Of a stretch of 64,000 nt of DNA, positions 21,900 through 35,421 are shown piece after piece. This DNA is from Candidatus Eremiobacteria bacterium (GTDB taxonomy: Bacteria; Vulcanimicrobiota; Vulcanimicrobiia; Vulcanimicrobiales; Vulcanimicrobiaceae). The number at the start of each line of letters is the position of its first letter. Position 1 is the first letter of the stretch. A model generated the notes under the pieces. It did no database searches and was not told the DNA's origin. It worked only from the letters and a program-made list of their open reading frames with translations. The position numbers and the translations under genes are program-made. The stretch lies in NCBI GenBank assembly GCA_963737065.1, contig CAVTRC010000001.1, positions 576,001-640,000 of the forward strand, in the 5' to 3' direction.

Positions 21900-23504
21900 T
21901 TGAAACTTGCCGACGTGCTTGCTCTCCCGTCGTTTGCATCCGCTTGCGTCGTCGCCGCCCACGACGGCACCGAACGTGAGGTCGCTTGGTCGCACGTCGT
22001 CGACATGCCCGATCCGCTGCCGTGGGTCAAACGCGGCTTCTTACTGCTCACGACCGGATTCAGCTGGCCGAAGGACGAGGCGCAACAGCGCCGCCAGATC
22101 GCTGAACTCGCTGCACGAGAGGTTGCCGGCGTGATGATGGCGGTACCGAAATTCGTCGAACACTTTTCGGAAGCGGCGCGCGAACAAGCCGAGATTTCGC
22201 GGCTTCCGCTTATCGAGATTCCGTTCGAAGTTCCGTTCGCGCAACTGACGGAAGAGCTGCATCGCGCCGTGATGCACGAACCGTATGCAATTATTGAGCG
22301 CTCGGATCATATCCATCGCGCGCTGACGCGTCTGGCGGCACGCGATGCAACGCTTGACGATCTCGCGCACGAGTTGTCCCGGTTGATCGAACGTTCGGTG
22401 ACGTTCGAGGATCCGTCAGGCAACTTGCTCGCGGCGGCATCGTACAGGGAAGACATCGATGACGTGCGCCGGCGTACGCTCGAGGACGGACGCAGCCCGC
22501 TCGACGTCGTCAGCGCGATGGAACGATCCGCGCTCAACCGCCGGATCCGCGCAGCGGAAAAACCGCTGCGCATTCCTTCGCTTCCGGAGAAAGGCATGAG
22601 CGCGCGCGTCGTGTGCCCGGTCCGCATCGGCAATGAACTCGCAGGGGTCGTCTGGATCATCGAAGGAACATCGCCGCTCAACGAACTCGATCATCGCGCA
22701 GCAGAGCACGCGGCATTGATTGCGGCCATTCACATCGCGCACCAACGCGAGATTACGTCGACCGAAGCGCGCCTCGGTTACGCATCGTTTCTGTCCTTGC
22801 TAGAATCGGAACCGGGCGCGGTGCCGAGCGCCGATGAACGCGTGCGCCTATTGGGGTTCAACCCCGGCGCGCGCTACCGGGTCGGCATCGTTGCGATCGA
22901 CGAGCCGCTTCCGCTCGACCGCAAAGGACTCGAACGGCGCGACCGCATCGCAGCAGCGTTGCGCGCGTTGCTGCATCGCGGAGGTCAGCCGCAACTCGTC
23001 ACCGCGACCTTGAACCGCGTACCGTTCTTGATGCCGCCCGATCTCGACGTCGAACGTGTGGCGGCGCAACTGGAGGATCCGGGACTCTCGCTGGTAATCG
23101 GACGCGAACACGAAGGCGTCGAGGGTGCACGCGCCAGCTATCGCGAGGCGCTCTCACTTCTCGGTTATCGCGATCGGCCGCGCATCGCGACGTACGACGA
23201 ACTGCTCGTTCCGCGCGTTATTACGGGCGACGCATCGGCGCGCGAGACGTTCTTGAACGATTTTTTCGCGCCGCTGCGCGCGAAGAAGAACGGCCGGGAA
23301 TTGGCCGCGGCATTGCTGACGCTCGCGCGCCACGGGTTCCGGTTTCGCGGCGCCGCCGACGCGCTCGCAATTCACCCGAACACGCTGCGCTACCGGCTGG
23401 AACGGGTCAGCGAGGTGCTCGGCATCGACCTCTCCGACGCGGACGTTCAATTCCGAGTCCAGCTGGCAGCACGGCTGCTCGACGTCGAGCAGCGCAACTG
23501 GTAG
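21900..23504 (+). CDS. PucR/CdaR-family transcriptional regulator
   Basis: AAGGAG then TTG 21900; WSHVVDMPD..LLLTTG PucR N-domain, GAF-like middle, C-terminal HTH AADALAIHPNTLRYRL. Confidence 0.92.
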   Translation: MKLADVLALPSFASACVVAAHDGTEREVAWSHVVDMPDPLPWVKRGFLLLTTGFSWPKDEAQQRRQIAELAAREVAGVMMAVPKFVEHFSEAAREQAEISRLPLIEIPFEVPFAQLTEELHRAVMHEPYAIIERSDHIHRALTRLAARDATLDDLAHELSRLIERSVTFEDPSGNLLAAASYREDIDDVRRRTLEDGRSPLDVVSAMERSALNRRIRAAEKPLRIPSLPEKGMSARVVCPVRIGNELAGVVWIIEGTSPLNELDHRAAEHAALIAAIHIAHQREITSTEARLGYASFLSLLESEPGAVPSADERVRLLGFNPGARYRVGIVAIDEPLPLDRKGLERRDRIAAALRALLHRGGQPQLVTATLNRVPFLMPPDLDVERVAAQLEDPGLSLVIGREHEGVEGARASYREALSLLGYRDRPRIATYDELLVPRVITGDASARETFLNDFFAPLRAKKNGRELAAALLTLARHGFRFRGAADALAIHPNTLRYRLERVSEVLGIDLSDADVQFRVQLAARLLDVEQRNW

Positions 23505-23619
23505 ACGTTTGTACCTTTGACACAGATTCCGGTGCGTTCTTTAGATAAAACATCCATAGGCGCGGCCTTGTAAACAGCGTAAGCATTTCCCGACAGACCG
23601 AACCGAGCGAGGAATACGC

Positions 23620-26600
23620 GTGAAACGATGGTTCGCCGCGGGCGTGATGGCCGCGCTCACTTCCTGCATCGCCCTTCCGGCTGCAGCCGGCACCACCGGA
23701 AATCTCAAAGGTCGCATTACCGACGCGCAGGGCGGTGCGCCGCTCGCCGGCGTTCACGTGCAACTCAGCGGCGCGATCGGAACGCGCACCGCGACGACCG
23801 ACGCAAACGGCTCGTACGTCTTTCTCTCGCTCCAGCCGGACACGTACACGGTGACGGCGAGCAAAGACGGATACGATTCGCAGTCGCAGCCCGGGCAAAC
23901 AATTCTCGCGGATCAATCGAGCGTGCTCAATTTCGCGCTGAACAAGTCATTGAAGACGATCGCCGTAACGCGCAGCGCCGCGGGTGGACTGGTGCGCGCC
24001 GGCACGACGAGCGACGTGTACTCGGTGAACCCGGCGCAGCAAGCTGCGGCGAAAGCGCTCGGCGGTTCGGGAAGCCTCGACCAAGCGTATAGCGCGATCG
24101 CGAGCGTTCCAGGCGTTAGCATTCCGACCGGGCAGCAGGGCTGGTATCAAAGTGTATTCATCCGCGGCGGCGACTACGACCAAGTCGGCTACGAGTTCGA
24201 CGGTCTTCCGGTGCTGCGGCAATCGGATGGCGCGCCGATTACGACACTGTCGGTTCTCGGTCAACAAGAAGTGCAGGTCTACACCGGCGGCACTCCGGCA
24301 ACGTCGGACTCGCCGGGACTCGCGGGCTATATCAACCAGGTCATCAAGACCGGAACGTACCCCGGCTACGCTACGGCATCGCTAGCGGCCGGGTCGCCGG
24401 CGTTTTACCACAAGGCACTCGTTGAAGCCGGCGGCGCCACCCCTGACCGCACGTTCTCGTATTACGTCGGGCTTGCGGGCGCCGATCAAAGCTACCGCTA
24501 CGGCGACCAGTTCAACGGCGTGTCGAATCCGCTGTTCTACTTCCCGCTCCAAGTACCGACGAATAATACGACCTATAACATCCTCGACGGCTCGTGCAGC
24601 GTCTACGGATCGCCTCTTACGATCGCTCCCGGTCAAACGTGCGCAACGACGAATCAAGGCTACGGAATGCAGATGAGTCCGGGTGCAAGCTGGCTGCAAG
24701 CGTATAACCAAGATCGTGAATCGGTCATGAATCTGCACTGGGGCATCAAGCACCATCACGACGACGGCCGCGACGATCTCCAAGCGCTCTACGTGACGGG
24801 TGGCATCACGACGAGCTATGCCACGTCGGGGTACGACCTCGGTCTAGCGTGCAATCAGGGCGGTGCGATCGTCTATACGTGTTTCAACGGGGATTCGCAG
24901 CCGTATTTCCTCGACGCAAGCGTTGCAGGCGGCGGCGGTTACTATTCGGGCCCGCTGTTCCAGCCGCCGAATCAGAACGATCTGATCGACGCATACTTTC
25001 CGAGCAGTCCGACGACGCGCGCGTTCAATGACGTCATCCCGACAAATCAACGCGACGGCGGCGCGAACGACTATTCGATCGAGAAGTTGCAATACCAGAA
25101 GAACTTCAACGAGAACTCGTACTTGCGAGCAATCGCGTATTCGGAGTACACCGATTGGTTTTTGAACGGGCCGAACAGCGCGTTCCAGCTCTACGGCGCG
25201 ACGCTTTCCGACTACGAGGTCATCGGACATATCTACGGCGGGAGCCTAATCTACTCCAACAATCTCTCGGATAAACATTTGCTCACCGCGCAGACGAGCT
25301 ACCAAACACAAAAGCTGCAAACCTACAATGCGACGTTTGACACGACGTTGTCGTCGCTCCCCCATTGGTTCGTAGAGAATACATTGCAATTCGGCAATGT
25401 CGCCTCGAATTTCACCGACGGTACGCATTGCTTCGATTACACGACCGGTGCATACACCTCGTGTTACGACCTGAATAACATCGGCAGCCAGGCAGCGCTC
25501 ATTCCCGGGAATTGCGTTGCGGATACATCGTGCGCCGGCGTCACCGGCGGCGCGATCAAGCGCGCAGTGGCTGATGACGGAAAACGGGCAAAACGCGCAA
25601 GTCGATAACGTGCAGCCGTTCTTTACGTCGTTCTCATTGATGGACAACTACCGTCCGAACGACAAACTGACGTTCAACATCGGAGCGCGCTTCGACCACT
25701 TCAGTTATGCGCTCGCAAGACCTCGAATCCGGTTATCCGGCGCGGCAGTTCTGGTTCAACGCGTTCAACAACGAGCATTGCAGCGCGCCCGGCGTCGACC
25801 CCGTTCTTGGGAGCATGGATGCGACGACCGGCGCGGTGACGTGTCCAACGGGATACACCTGGATGGGTTTGGCGGGGAACGGCCTTGTCAATACGACGGG
25901 CGCGCGCGTATCGCAGAACGTGTTTCAACCGCGTTTCGCAATGACGTATCTTGCGGGACCGAACACGGTCTGGCGCGCATCAGCGGGAGTCTATGCGCGC
26001 CCCGCGGCGACGTCGTATCAGGAATACAATACGTACCAGCAAGATCTTCCGTCGTTCCTCTCGCAGTTCATCTCGCTCGGCTACAATTCGCCGATTCACG
26101 ACGTGCGTGCGGATACGTCGGACAATTACGACCTCTCGTACGAGCGGCACTTCCCAGGCACGCGTCTTTCAACGAAAATCACGCCGTTCTACCGGAGCAC
26201 CAACAATCAGTTGCAATACCTCGCGATCAGTGCGATCGGCGGCGTCCTTGCGGGAATCAACGTCGGTACCCTGCACTCTTATGGGATCGAACTGTCATTG
26301 CAGGACGGCGACTTCGCTCGCGACGGTTTCTCGTGGCAGCTTTCGTACACGCATACCGACACGAAGACGCGATACCAGAGTCTTTCGAACGGACTGAATC
26401 TGATCGACGTGATGAACCGCTCGATCGAACAATACAATTCGTACACATCGGCGTGCGCCGCCAACGAAGGCCAACCGATCTGCGGCGGTGGCCTCTACGC
26501 GGCAAACGCCGGTGCCAGCCTTCCCAGCGTCACGACGCCCGGGCTGAACATTCCGAACCCGTACTACAACAGCGCGCCGCAAGCGCTCATGGATCCCAAA

Positions 26601-27263
26601 GGGTCGTACGTTCCGTACGACGTGATTCCGAGTGCTTTCGCGAGCGCAAACAGCTATGCCGTCCCCGACGTCGCGTCGCTCATCCTCAACTGGCGTCACA
26701 AGAAATTGGCGATCACGCCGACCGTCGCGTTCAACTCGGGCTCGTATTACGGGTCACCGCTTTCCGTCCCGGGATACGTTCCGCAACTGTGTTCCGCACT
26801 GCCGAGCGCTACGCCATCGACACCGGGCGTGAGTTGCGGGCAAGTACCGGCCGCCGGAAGCGTAGGCAGTGATTTACCCTCGGCAATCTTCGTCCCCGAT
26901 CCGTATACCGCGAAGTTCGACTCGCTCGGCGCGTTGCGCGAACCGTGGCAAGTCGTCGCGAACTTGCAGGTGACGTATGACTTTACGCCGCGCGTGTCGT
27001 TGACCATGATCGCCAACAACATCTTCAATAAATGCTATCAACGAGGCTATGCGTGGGACACGAACATGGCCTGCTGGTACTCGAGCCTGCCCTCCAACGC
27101 CCTCGCGCCCAATGGCCCCGGAAGCCAGCCCGGCGCATTTTTGACGAATCCGCCGCTGCAGCTCGCGTATCCGTACGGGATCTGGTTCAACAACACGCAG
27201 GTCGGCATAACCTCCGCGATCCAACCCTTCACGCTCACCATGCAGCTCGACGTCAAGCTGTAG
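23620..27263 (+). CDS. TonB-dependent receptor-like outer-membrane protein, split by frameshifts near 25555 and 25710
   Basis: Signal peptide, carboxypeptidase-regulatory-like N-domain (GRITD..PLAGVHV..TDANGSY..YTVTASKDGY), plug-like IRGG..YEFDG.P, LTFNIGARFDHF, FQPRFAMTY, terminal LTMQLDVKL. Confidence 0.8.
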
Positions 27264-28840
27264 TGCCGAGAACGAAACGGCTGCGCGCGCTCTTCCCGAG
27301 CCGCGCGGCGTTCATTCGTGGATCGCTCAGTACTGCGGCTACGCTCGTGCTCGCACCGGCGTTTGGTACGGCGTCATCAGTCGCCGCGCGGCGCGAGCGG
27401 ATCGCGATTATCGGCGCCGGAATCGCCGGCGTAACGTGTGCCACAGTCTTGCACGACGGCGGCATCGGCGCAACGGTGTTCGAGTCATCGAACCGCGTCG
27501 GCGGACGCATGCATTCCGAGTGGACGTATTGGAATGACGGACAGCACACCGAGTGGTGCGGTGCAATGATCGATTCCACGCACGCCACGATCCATGCGCT
27601 CGCGCGCCGCTTCGGTCAGCCGCTGATTGACACGTGGGCTCCGCTTGCGCATAACGCGCGCGACACGTCGTACTTTGCGAACCGCTACTATCCGATGACG
27701 CGAGCCGACCACGACTTCGAACCGGTCTTCAAAACGTTACGCGAGCAACTGGCGAAGATCGGGCCGGAAACGACGTGGGACTCCGCGACGCCCGCCGCGC
27801 GAGAACTCGATCGCACGAGCATGGCTCAATGGATCGACCGGTACGTCCCCGGCGGCCGCACTTCGCAGCTCGGCCGCCTGATCGACGACGCCCTCTCGAA
27901 CGAATACGGCGTCGCCACGTCGCAACAAAGTTCCCTCAATCTCGTCTACATGCTCGGCGAGCAGTCGCGCTACGGCACGCGTGGCGGTGAAATGAACGTG
28001 CTCGGTTATAGCGATCAACGTTACACCACGCGTAACGGCAACCAGAAGCTGCCGATGGCAATGGCTGCGGCGTTGCCTCGCGGTAGCGTCGTCTTCGAGT
28101 ACCGGCTGACCGCAATTCGCAGACGCGCGGTCGGCGATTACGAGTTGACGTTCGCGACCCGGCACGGCACGAAAAAACTCTACTACGACCGCGTCGTGCT
28201 CGCGATTCCGTTCATCGTGCTGCGCGGCTTGGACTACAGCGGCGCCGGATTCGACGCGCGTAAACGCTTGGCGATTGAGCAGCTCGGTTATGGTATCCAC
28301 ACGAAGCTGCACGTGCAGTTCGACGCAAAGCCTTGGTACGGCGCCGGTCCATGGCCGCGCCCGGCCGACGGACAAATCTGGACGGACACGGGTTTTCAAA
28401 ACTCGATCGATTTTTCGCTGGGGCAAAGCGGGCGGTGCGGCATCATCGAGCGATTCACGTACGGGACGGCCGGGTTGATCGGCACGCCGCCCCAGCCGTA
28501 TTCGCGCGTCGCAGATTCGTCGCTCGTACGCGATCAGGTGCGGAAGTTCTTTGCGCAACTCAACGAGATCTGGCCCGGCGTTTCACGGCATTGGAACGGC
28601 AAGGCAACATTCGGCAACGCGCAGGCGGACCCGAATATTCTTGCGAGTTATTCAACGTGGCTCGTCGGCCAGTGCACGACGATTGCCGGCTACGAGCAAG
28701 TACGCCAAGGACGCGTCCACTTCGCCGGCGAGCACACGTCGGTCGAATACCAAGGGTTTATGGAAGGCGGCGCCGCAAGCGGCGTGCGCGCAGCCCGCGA
28801 AATCCTCGCTGATTACGGCATCAAAGCGAAGACGGCGTAG
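27263..28840 (+). CDS. FAD-dependent amine oxidase (MAO/polyamine oxidase family) with Tat-like leader
   Basis: GTG overlaps the receptor stop; SRAAFIRG plus hydrophobic stretch; IIGAGIAG, ESSNRVGGR, HFAGEHT..GFMEGG. Confidence 0.85.
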   Translation: MPRTKRLRALFPSRAAFIRGSLSTAATLVLAPAFGTASSVAARRERIAIIGAGIAGVTCATVLHDGGIGATVFESSNRVGGRMHSEWTYWNDGQHTEWCGAMIDSTHATIHALARRFGQPLIDTWAPLAHNARDTSYFANRYYPMTRADHDFEPVFKTLREQLAKIGPETTWDSATPAARELDRTSMAQWIDRYVPGGRTSQLGRLIDDALSNEYGVATSQQSSLNLVYMLGEQSRYGTRGGEMNVLGYSDQRYTTRNGNQKLPMAMAAALPRGSVVFEYRLTAIRRRAVGDYELTFATRHGTKKLYYDRVVLAIPFIVLRGLDYSGAGFDARKRLAIEQLGYGIHTKLHVQFDAKPWYGAGPWPRPADGQIWTDTGFQNSIDFSLGQSGRCGIIERFTYGTAGLIGTPPQPYSRVADSSLVRDQVRKFFAQLNEIWPGVSRHWNGKATFGNAQADPNILASYSTWLVGQCTTIAGYEQVRQGRVHFAGEHTSVEYQGFMEGGAASGVRAAREILADYGIKAKTA

Positions 28841-28889
28841 ACGCCGCCCAAAAAGGGCAAGATTACGGCACGAAAAGAACACGATCGTC

Positions 28890-29984
28890 ATGTCTGTCCG
28901 AGCTTTACTGGCTGCAGTGCTCGCGATTTTGTGTACGGTTGCAACAACACCGCTGGCCTCCGCGAGCCGTATGGTAAGCATCACCGTACCGAGCAAGGTT
29001 TTAAGCGCGTTTTGGAACGATCCGATAACGATGCATGCGGACGTGCTGCTTCCCGACGCGTATGATACAGACGCTACGCAACAATATCCCGCGCTCTATT
29101 GGTTTCGCGGATTTAGGGCAAACTACGACGACGTAGCGCGCGCCGCGTGGGGTGACTGGACGCGAGCGATGGCGAAACAACACGTTGCGACGATCGTTAT
29201 TTTTCCTGATGCAATGTTCCGTAGCGGGTACACTGAGTTCGCAGATTCGGCGAACACGGGCCCATGGGGCACAGCGTTCACGCAGGATTTGCTGCCGGCG
29301 ATCAATGCGCGGTATCGCACTCGCGCAAGCTACGTTGCCGGATTCTCCTCCGGAGCCTGGGCCGCACTCTGGCTCCAAACAACGTACCCGGCACTCTTCA
29401 GCGGAGCATGGGCATACGCGCCGGACCCGGTAACGTTCAAAGACTTTACCGGGCCGGATCTTACGAAGTCACCGCCACAAAACTTTTACGGAAATGGAAA
29501 GACCGAGTACCGAATCCATCGCGTCGGCGGCATCGACAGAGAAACGCTTAGAGATTTTGTGCTCGGTGCAAATGGAGTCATCGGACCAGAGCAGTTCTTT
29601 TCATTCAACGCCGTATTCAGCCCCGCGGACGCAAACGGCCGCAGCGCCCTTTTTAACGTTAAGACCGGCGATATCAACGCCAGCGTGGCGTCATATAGGG
29701 AAGAACATTACGATATTACGAGTCGCGTATTACATGAGACGCCTGCGAACAAAAAACTGCTGACCGGTGAACTCCATGTTGTCGTCGGCACCTGGGACAC
29801 GTCCCATCTCGACGAGCCGACAAAGCTTTTCTGTTATGCGCTGTATAATGTGGATCTTCATCCGGACTGTACGCTTGTCGAGGAAGCAGATCACGCAGGC
29901 GTGCTACATTTCGAGGGAGGTTACGAGAACCACATCTTGCACGCGCTCAGCGCGCTCGCGGCGCATAACGGGCTCGTTCGATAA
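28890..29984 (+). CDS. Secreted alpha/beta-hydrolase (putative esterase)
   Basis: Signal peptide; VLLP..YP, FADSANTGPWG, GFSSG nucleophile elbow. Confidence 0.8.
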   Translation: MSVRALLAAVLAILCTVATTPLASASRMVSITVPSKVLSAFWNDPITMHADVLLPDAYDTDATQQYPALYWFRGFRANYDDVARAAWGDWTRAMAKQHVATIVIFPDAMFRSGYTEFADSANTGPWGTAFTQDLLPAINARYRTRASYVAGFSSGAWAALWLQTTYPALFSGAWAYAPDPVTFKDFTGPDLTKSPPQNFYGNGKTEYRIHRVGGIDRETLRDFVLGANGVIGPEQFFSFNAVFSPADANGRSALFNVKTGDINASVASYREEHYDITSRVLHETPANKKLLTGELHVVVGTWDTSHLDEPTKLFCYALYNVDLHPDCTLVEEADHAGVLHFEGGYENHILHALSALAAHNGLVR

Positions 29985-29996
29985 TAGGAGCATTCG

Positions 29997-30818
29997 ATGA
30001 CACAATCTGAGAAAGCGGAGCGGTTCCGCACGCTGCACGAAGGCCCAAACGCGTTTCTGCTTCCCAATCCCTGGGATGCGGGATCGGCGAAGGCGCTCGA
30101 AGCGCTCGGCTTCGACGCGCTCACGACGACCAGCGCGGGACTTGCGTGGACGCTTGGACGTGCCGACGGCACGCGCTCTGTTTCGCGCGATGAAGCGCTC
30201 GCGAACGCGAAGTCGATCGTCGATGCGACGTCACTACCGGTCGCCGCGGATTTGGAAAACGGCTACGGCGACGATCCGGAAACGGTTGCAGAAACGGTGA
30301 AGCTTGCGGCGGAAGCGGGTCTCGTCGGGTGTTCCATCGAGGACGCGACCAGCCGCGACGATCGACCGGTCTACGATTTCGATTTCGCGGTCGAGCGGGT
30401 CGCGGCCGCAGCCGCAGCCGCGCGTTCGCTGCCCTTTCCGTTCATGCTCGTCGCAAGAGCCGAGAATTTGCTGCAAGGTATCGATGACGTCGATGACACG
30501 ATTGCGCGTCTTCAGGCATACGAGAAAGCGGGCGCGGACGTACTCTACGCGCCGATGCTGCCGGACGCTGATGCGATTCGCCGCGTGTGCAACGCCGTAT
30601 CAAAGCCAGTCAACGTGCTCGCTGCCGGGCCGATTCTCAAGATGAGCGTTTCGGAACTCGCGGCGCTCGGCGTGCGGCGGATCAGCGTCGGGTCCGGTTT
30701 CGCGCGCGCGGCGTTCAGCGCATTCATTACTGCGGCGCGTGAGGCGAAAAATGCGGGCCGCTTCAATTCCATTGCGCAATCGATTTCGTTTGCGGAGATT
30801 ACCCAGCTGGTGAGCTGA
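29997..30818 (+). CDS. Isocitrate lyase/PEP mutase family protein
   Basis: PNPWDAGSA, TTSAG, ADLENGYG, SIED, AGADVLY, RRISVGS. Confidence 0.9.
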   Translation: MTQSEKAERFRTLHEGPNAFLLPNPWDAGSAKALEALGFDALTTTSAGLAWTLGRADGTRSVSRDEALANAKSIVDATSLPVAADLENGYGDDPETVAETVKLAAEAGLVGCSIEDATSRDDRPVYDFDFAVERVAAAAAAARSLPFPFMLVARAENLLQGIDDVDDTIARLQAYEKAGADVLYAPMLPDADAIRRVCNAVSKPVNVLAAGPILKMSVSELAALGVRRISVGSGFARAAFSAFITAAREAKNAGRFNSIAQSISFAEITQLVS

Positions 30819-30822
30819 GCGC

Positions 30823-31107
30823 CTACGGCCGAGTCCGCGGGCGCCGTTCGTGCAACAGCGTCATAGACGCGTATGCGCCGATCCACGAACCGAGCGCGGC
30901 GAAGCAGACGTAGATCCAATTTTGCGTGTACGAAATGACGGCGAACGACGACAGCAGATACCATAGCGCGCTCCAACTCGCCGCAGCGACGCGATGCCGC
31001 CCGGCAACCGCCGCGGAGAAAAACACGTAAACGGCATCCGTAACGGCGGTCGCGAGAACGACGCCAATCGCGACCGCGGGAGCGATCGGGGAAATGTGCG
31101 GGACCAT
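30823..31107 (-). CDS. Small membrane protein
   Basis: Hydrophobic 94-aa ORF downstream of mmsA. Confidence 0.6.
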   Translation of the reverse strand: MVPHISPIAPAVAIGVVLATAVTDAVYVFFSAAVAGRHRVAAASWSALWYLLSSFAVISYTQNWIYVCFAALGSWIGAYASMTLLHERRPRTRP

Positions 31108-31126
31108 ACGGCAGCCTCTCTTGGCG

Positions 31127-32616
<1,490 letters not shown>

Positions 32617-32626
<10 letters not shown>

Positions 32627-33945
32627 GAGTAGTCCTCCAACACGTCGCCCAGCGTACGAATCCCGTCGCGCAACTCTTCGCGCGCAATCGTTAGCGGCGG
32701 CGTGACCAAAATCAGATTGTACCGGCCGAATGCATAGACGCCGCGATCGCGCAGTTTGGCGAGAATCGCGCCCATCGGTCCAGGATCCGGGCCTTGCCAC
32801 GGGACGATCGGCTCGCGCGTCCCCCGGTCTTTGACCAACTCTACCGCCCAGAATGCGCCGACGCCGCGTGCATCGCCGACAACCGGGGCACGTTCGGCCA
32901 GCTCAGCAAGATCGTCGCGCAGCCATCCTTCGATCTCTCGTGCTCGCTCGAACAGATGCTCGGATTCGTATGCGTCGAGCGCCGCATTTGCGGCGGCAAT
33001 CGCAAGCGGATGTCCCGAGTACGTGTGCCCGCATGGTAACGGACGCGTATCGAAATGCTGCGCCAAGGTTTCGCGCACGAGCACGCCGCCGAGCGGCACG
33101 TACGCCGACGTCGCCGCTTTCGCAAACGTCATCATATCCGGCTCGACGCCGAAGCGAACCGCCGCAAACGACGCTCCCGTTCTTCCGAACCCGGTCATGA
33201 CTTCATCGAAGATCAACACGATCGCATGGCGCGAACAGAGATCGCGAACGCGTTGGAGGTACTCGACCGGCATTGCAATGGCGCCGTTCGTTCCAACGAC
33301 CGGCTCGATAAGCAGTGCGGCGATCGCGTTTGGATTTTCGTACGTCAGCAGCAATTCGAGATGCGCGATCGCGCGCTCGATCTCCAGGTCGGGATCCCGC
33401 GTATCGAACGGACTGCTATAGAGATTCGGCGCAAAAAAACGCACGACGCCCGGAAGGCCCGGCTCGTTTGGCCAACGGCGATTTTCTCCGGTGAGCGTTC
33501 CCGCTCCGGGCGCCGAGCCGTGAAACGAACGGTATGCGGTCAGCACTTTGTGACGTCCGGTGATCGCGCGCGCCATTTTTACCGCGTCTTCGTTCGCCTC
33601 GCCGCCGCCCGTCGTAAAGAACGCGCGGGCGCCTTCCTTCCAAGGCGCATGCGACGACAATCGTTGCGCGTAACGTGCGCGCGCGGCATTGAAGAACTGC
33701 GGCGACGCATAGCACAGCCGCGCGGCCTGCTCGCCGATCGCGCGCACGACGAGCGGATGCGCGTGCCCGAGATTGACGGCGACAAGGCCGGCCGAAAGAT
33801 CGAGATAGCGTTTTCCGTCCACATCGTACAGGTACGAGCCCTCGCCCCGCTCGATCGACGGCATATCGATCGCGCCTTGCGCCGACCACGGCGTAAGCAC
33901 GTGGCGACGATGCACCACCGCAATATCATCGAGCGTGGAGGTCAT
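32617..33945 (-). CDS. Class-III (omega-amino acid) aminotransferase
   Basis: [47 protein letters not shown]; overlaps mmsA start. Confidence 0.9.
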
Positions 33946-35297
33946 GATGGTTCTCCGACCGTTTTACGGCGTGTCATCGCGTAGAGCACCAGCCCAAGCG
34001 CGAGATAGAGCAGAAACACATACGGGAAGACGTTCGTCGGCGGCGGCGGCACCGGATAGAATAACGTGATCGCTGCGGCGAGCAGAAACGCGCATGACCC
34101 AAGCGAGGCGACGATGTGGACCGGCTTCAACTCGCCGACGCGTTTGAGCAGTCTTGGCGCAGCGATCGAAATGATCAGATACACCGCGATAAAGCTCAGC
34201 GAACTCAGCGTTCCGCAGAAATTGAAAATATCGATCGGCGCAACGCCACCACGGTACATCGCAACACCGATCGCAAACATTGCGATGACGACGGCGGCGA
34301 GCGCGACGTGCGGCGTGTGAAAGCGCGGATGCACGGACGCGAAAATCTTCGGCAACAGCCCGTCTTCCGACATCGGCAGCACGATGCGTGCCGACGTGTT
34401 TACGCACGCGAGCGCAACGGAAAAGGAACTGCAAATCGCTCCGATCGCGATCGGGATCTTCAAGTAGCCCGCATCGAGCATGTCCGCGAGGTTCCAGAGC
34501 GGCATGCTCAACTGATCGAGCGGCGGTTTCGAACCGCGCAATCCGAGGATCTCGGCGTACATCGCAAACACGAAAAACGTTGCAGCGATGAGCACGCTGA
34601 AGATTACCGCACGGGGAATGGATTTGAGCGCGTTGCGCGCTTCGTCGCCAAACGCCGTCGCGCTCTCGAAGCCGACGAAACTGAAGATTGCGGTTGCGAT
34701 ACCGAGACCGATGCTCGCTTTACCGACGCCCTCGAGACGAATCTGAGGGATGTCGATGATGCCGTGTTTGAGGAAAACGGTGACGATCAACACGCAGATG
34801 ATCGACACGGAGATCGTCTCGAGCACGAGCATGACGACGGTCGAAAGCGCGACGTCACGCACCGCGAGAAGCCAGCACACGAGCGCCAGCACAACCATTA
34901 CCGCCACGGCGGGAATGGGAACGCCGAGCGCGTGCGCGAGGCCGCCGATGAACAGCGGTTGCGCTCCGAACTGCGCCGCGCCGACGAAAATGTACGCCCA
35001 CACCAAGCTCCAACCGGCGAGCGTTCCGACTGCCGGTCCTAACTCTTTGGCAGCATACAAGAACATCGATCCCGAGCCGGTCGCGCGCTTGGCGAAGTGG
35101 TTGAGATTCACCGCAACGAGCAGTAGCATCACGGCGGCAAAAACATACGCCGCCCACGAGCCGTTTCCGGCGGCGCCGAACATGTACGGCGCGATGAGCA
35201 CGGGCGTCATGCTGAGGCCGATCAGCGCAAGCGATGCGGCGAGGACCTCGATGAAGGACAGCGATCCCGCGCGCAGACGGTTCTGATGTTGCTCCAT
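33942..35297 (-). CDS. APC-family amino acid/polyamine permease
   Basis: About 12 TMs; FSFVGFESATAFGDEA, HPRFHTP. Confidence 0.9.
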   Translation of the reverse strand: MEQHQNRLRAGSLSFIEVLAASLALIGLSMTPVLIAPYMFGAAGNGSWAAYVFAAVMLLLVAVNLNHFAKRATGSGSMFLYAAKELGPAVGTLAGWSLVWAYIFVGAAQFGAQPLFIGGLAHALGVPIPAVAVMVVLALVCWLLAVRDVALSTVVMLVLETISVSIICVLIVTVFLKHGIIDIPQIRLEGVGKASIGLGIATAIFSFVGFESATAFGDEARNALKSIPRAVIFSVLIAATFFVFAMYAEILGLRGSKPPLDQLSMPLWNLADMLDAGYLKIPIAIGAICSSFSVALACVNTSARIVLPMSEDGLLPKIFASVHPRFHTPHVALAAVVIAMFAIGVAMYRGGVAPIDIFNFCGTLSSLSFIAVYLIISIAAPRLLKRVGELKPVHIVASLGSCAFLLAAAITLFYPVPPPPTNVFPYVFLLYLALGLVLYAMTRRKTVGEPS

Positions 35298-35305
35298 TCT
35301 CCACT

Positions 35306-35382
35306 AGCCTAGCGAACGCAGATGCGCCGAGCCATAGTGCTCGCCGACAAAACTTCTCGCTTTTTCTGTGCAGCGTGCCAAA
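35306..35382 (-). promoter_or_regulatory. Permease-operon promoter: -10 TAGGCT plus two TTTG-N8-CAC boxes
   Basis: Boxes at 35337-35351 and 35368-35382; -10 at 35311-35306; spacing matches the gabT promoter. Confidence 0.6.
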
Positions 35383-35421
35383 GGCAGGTCGTCCGTGTCG
35401 CTGTGAATCATTACCGCACCG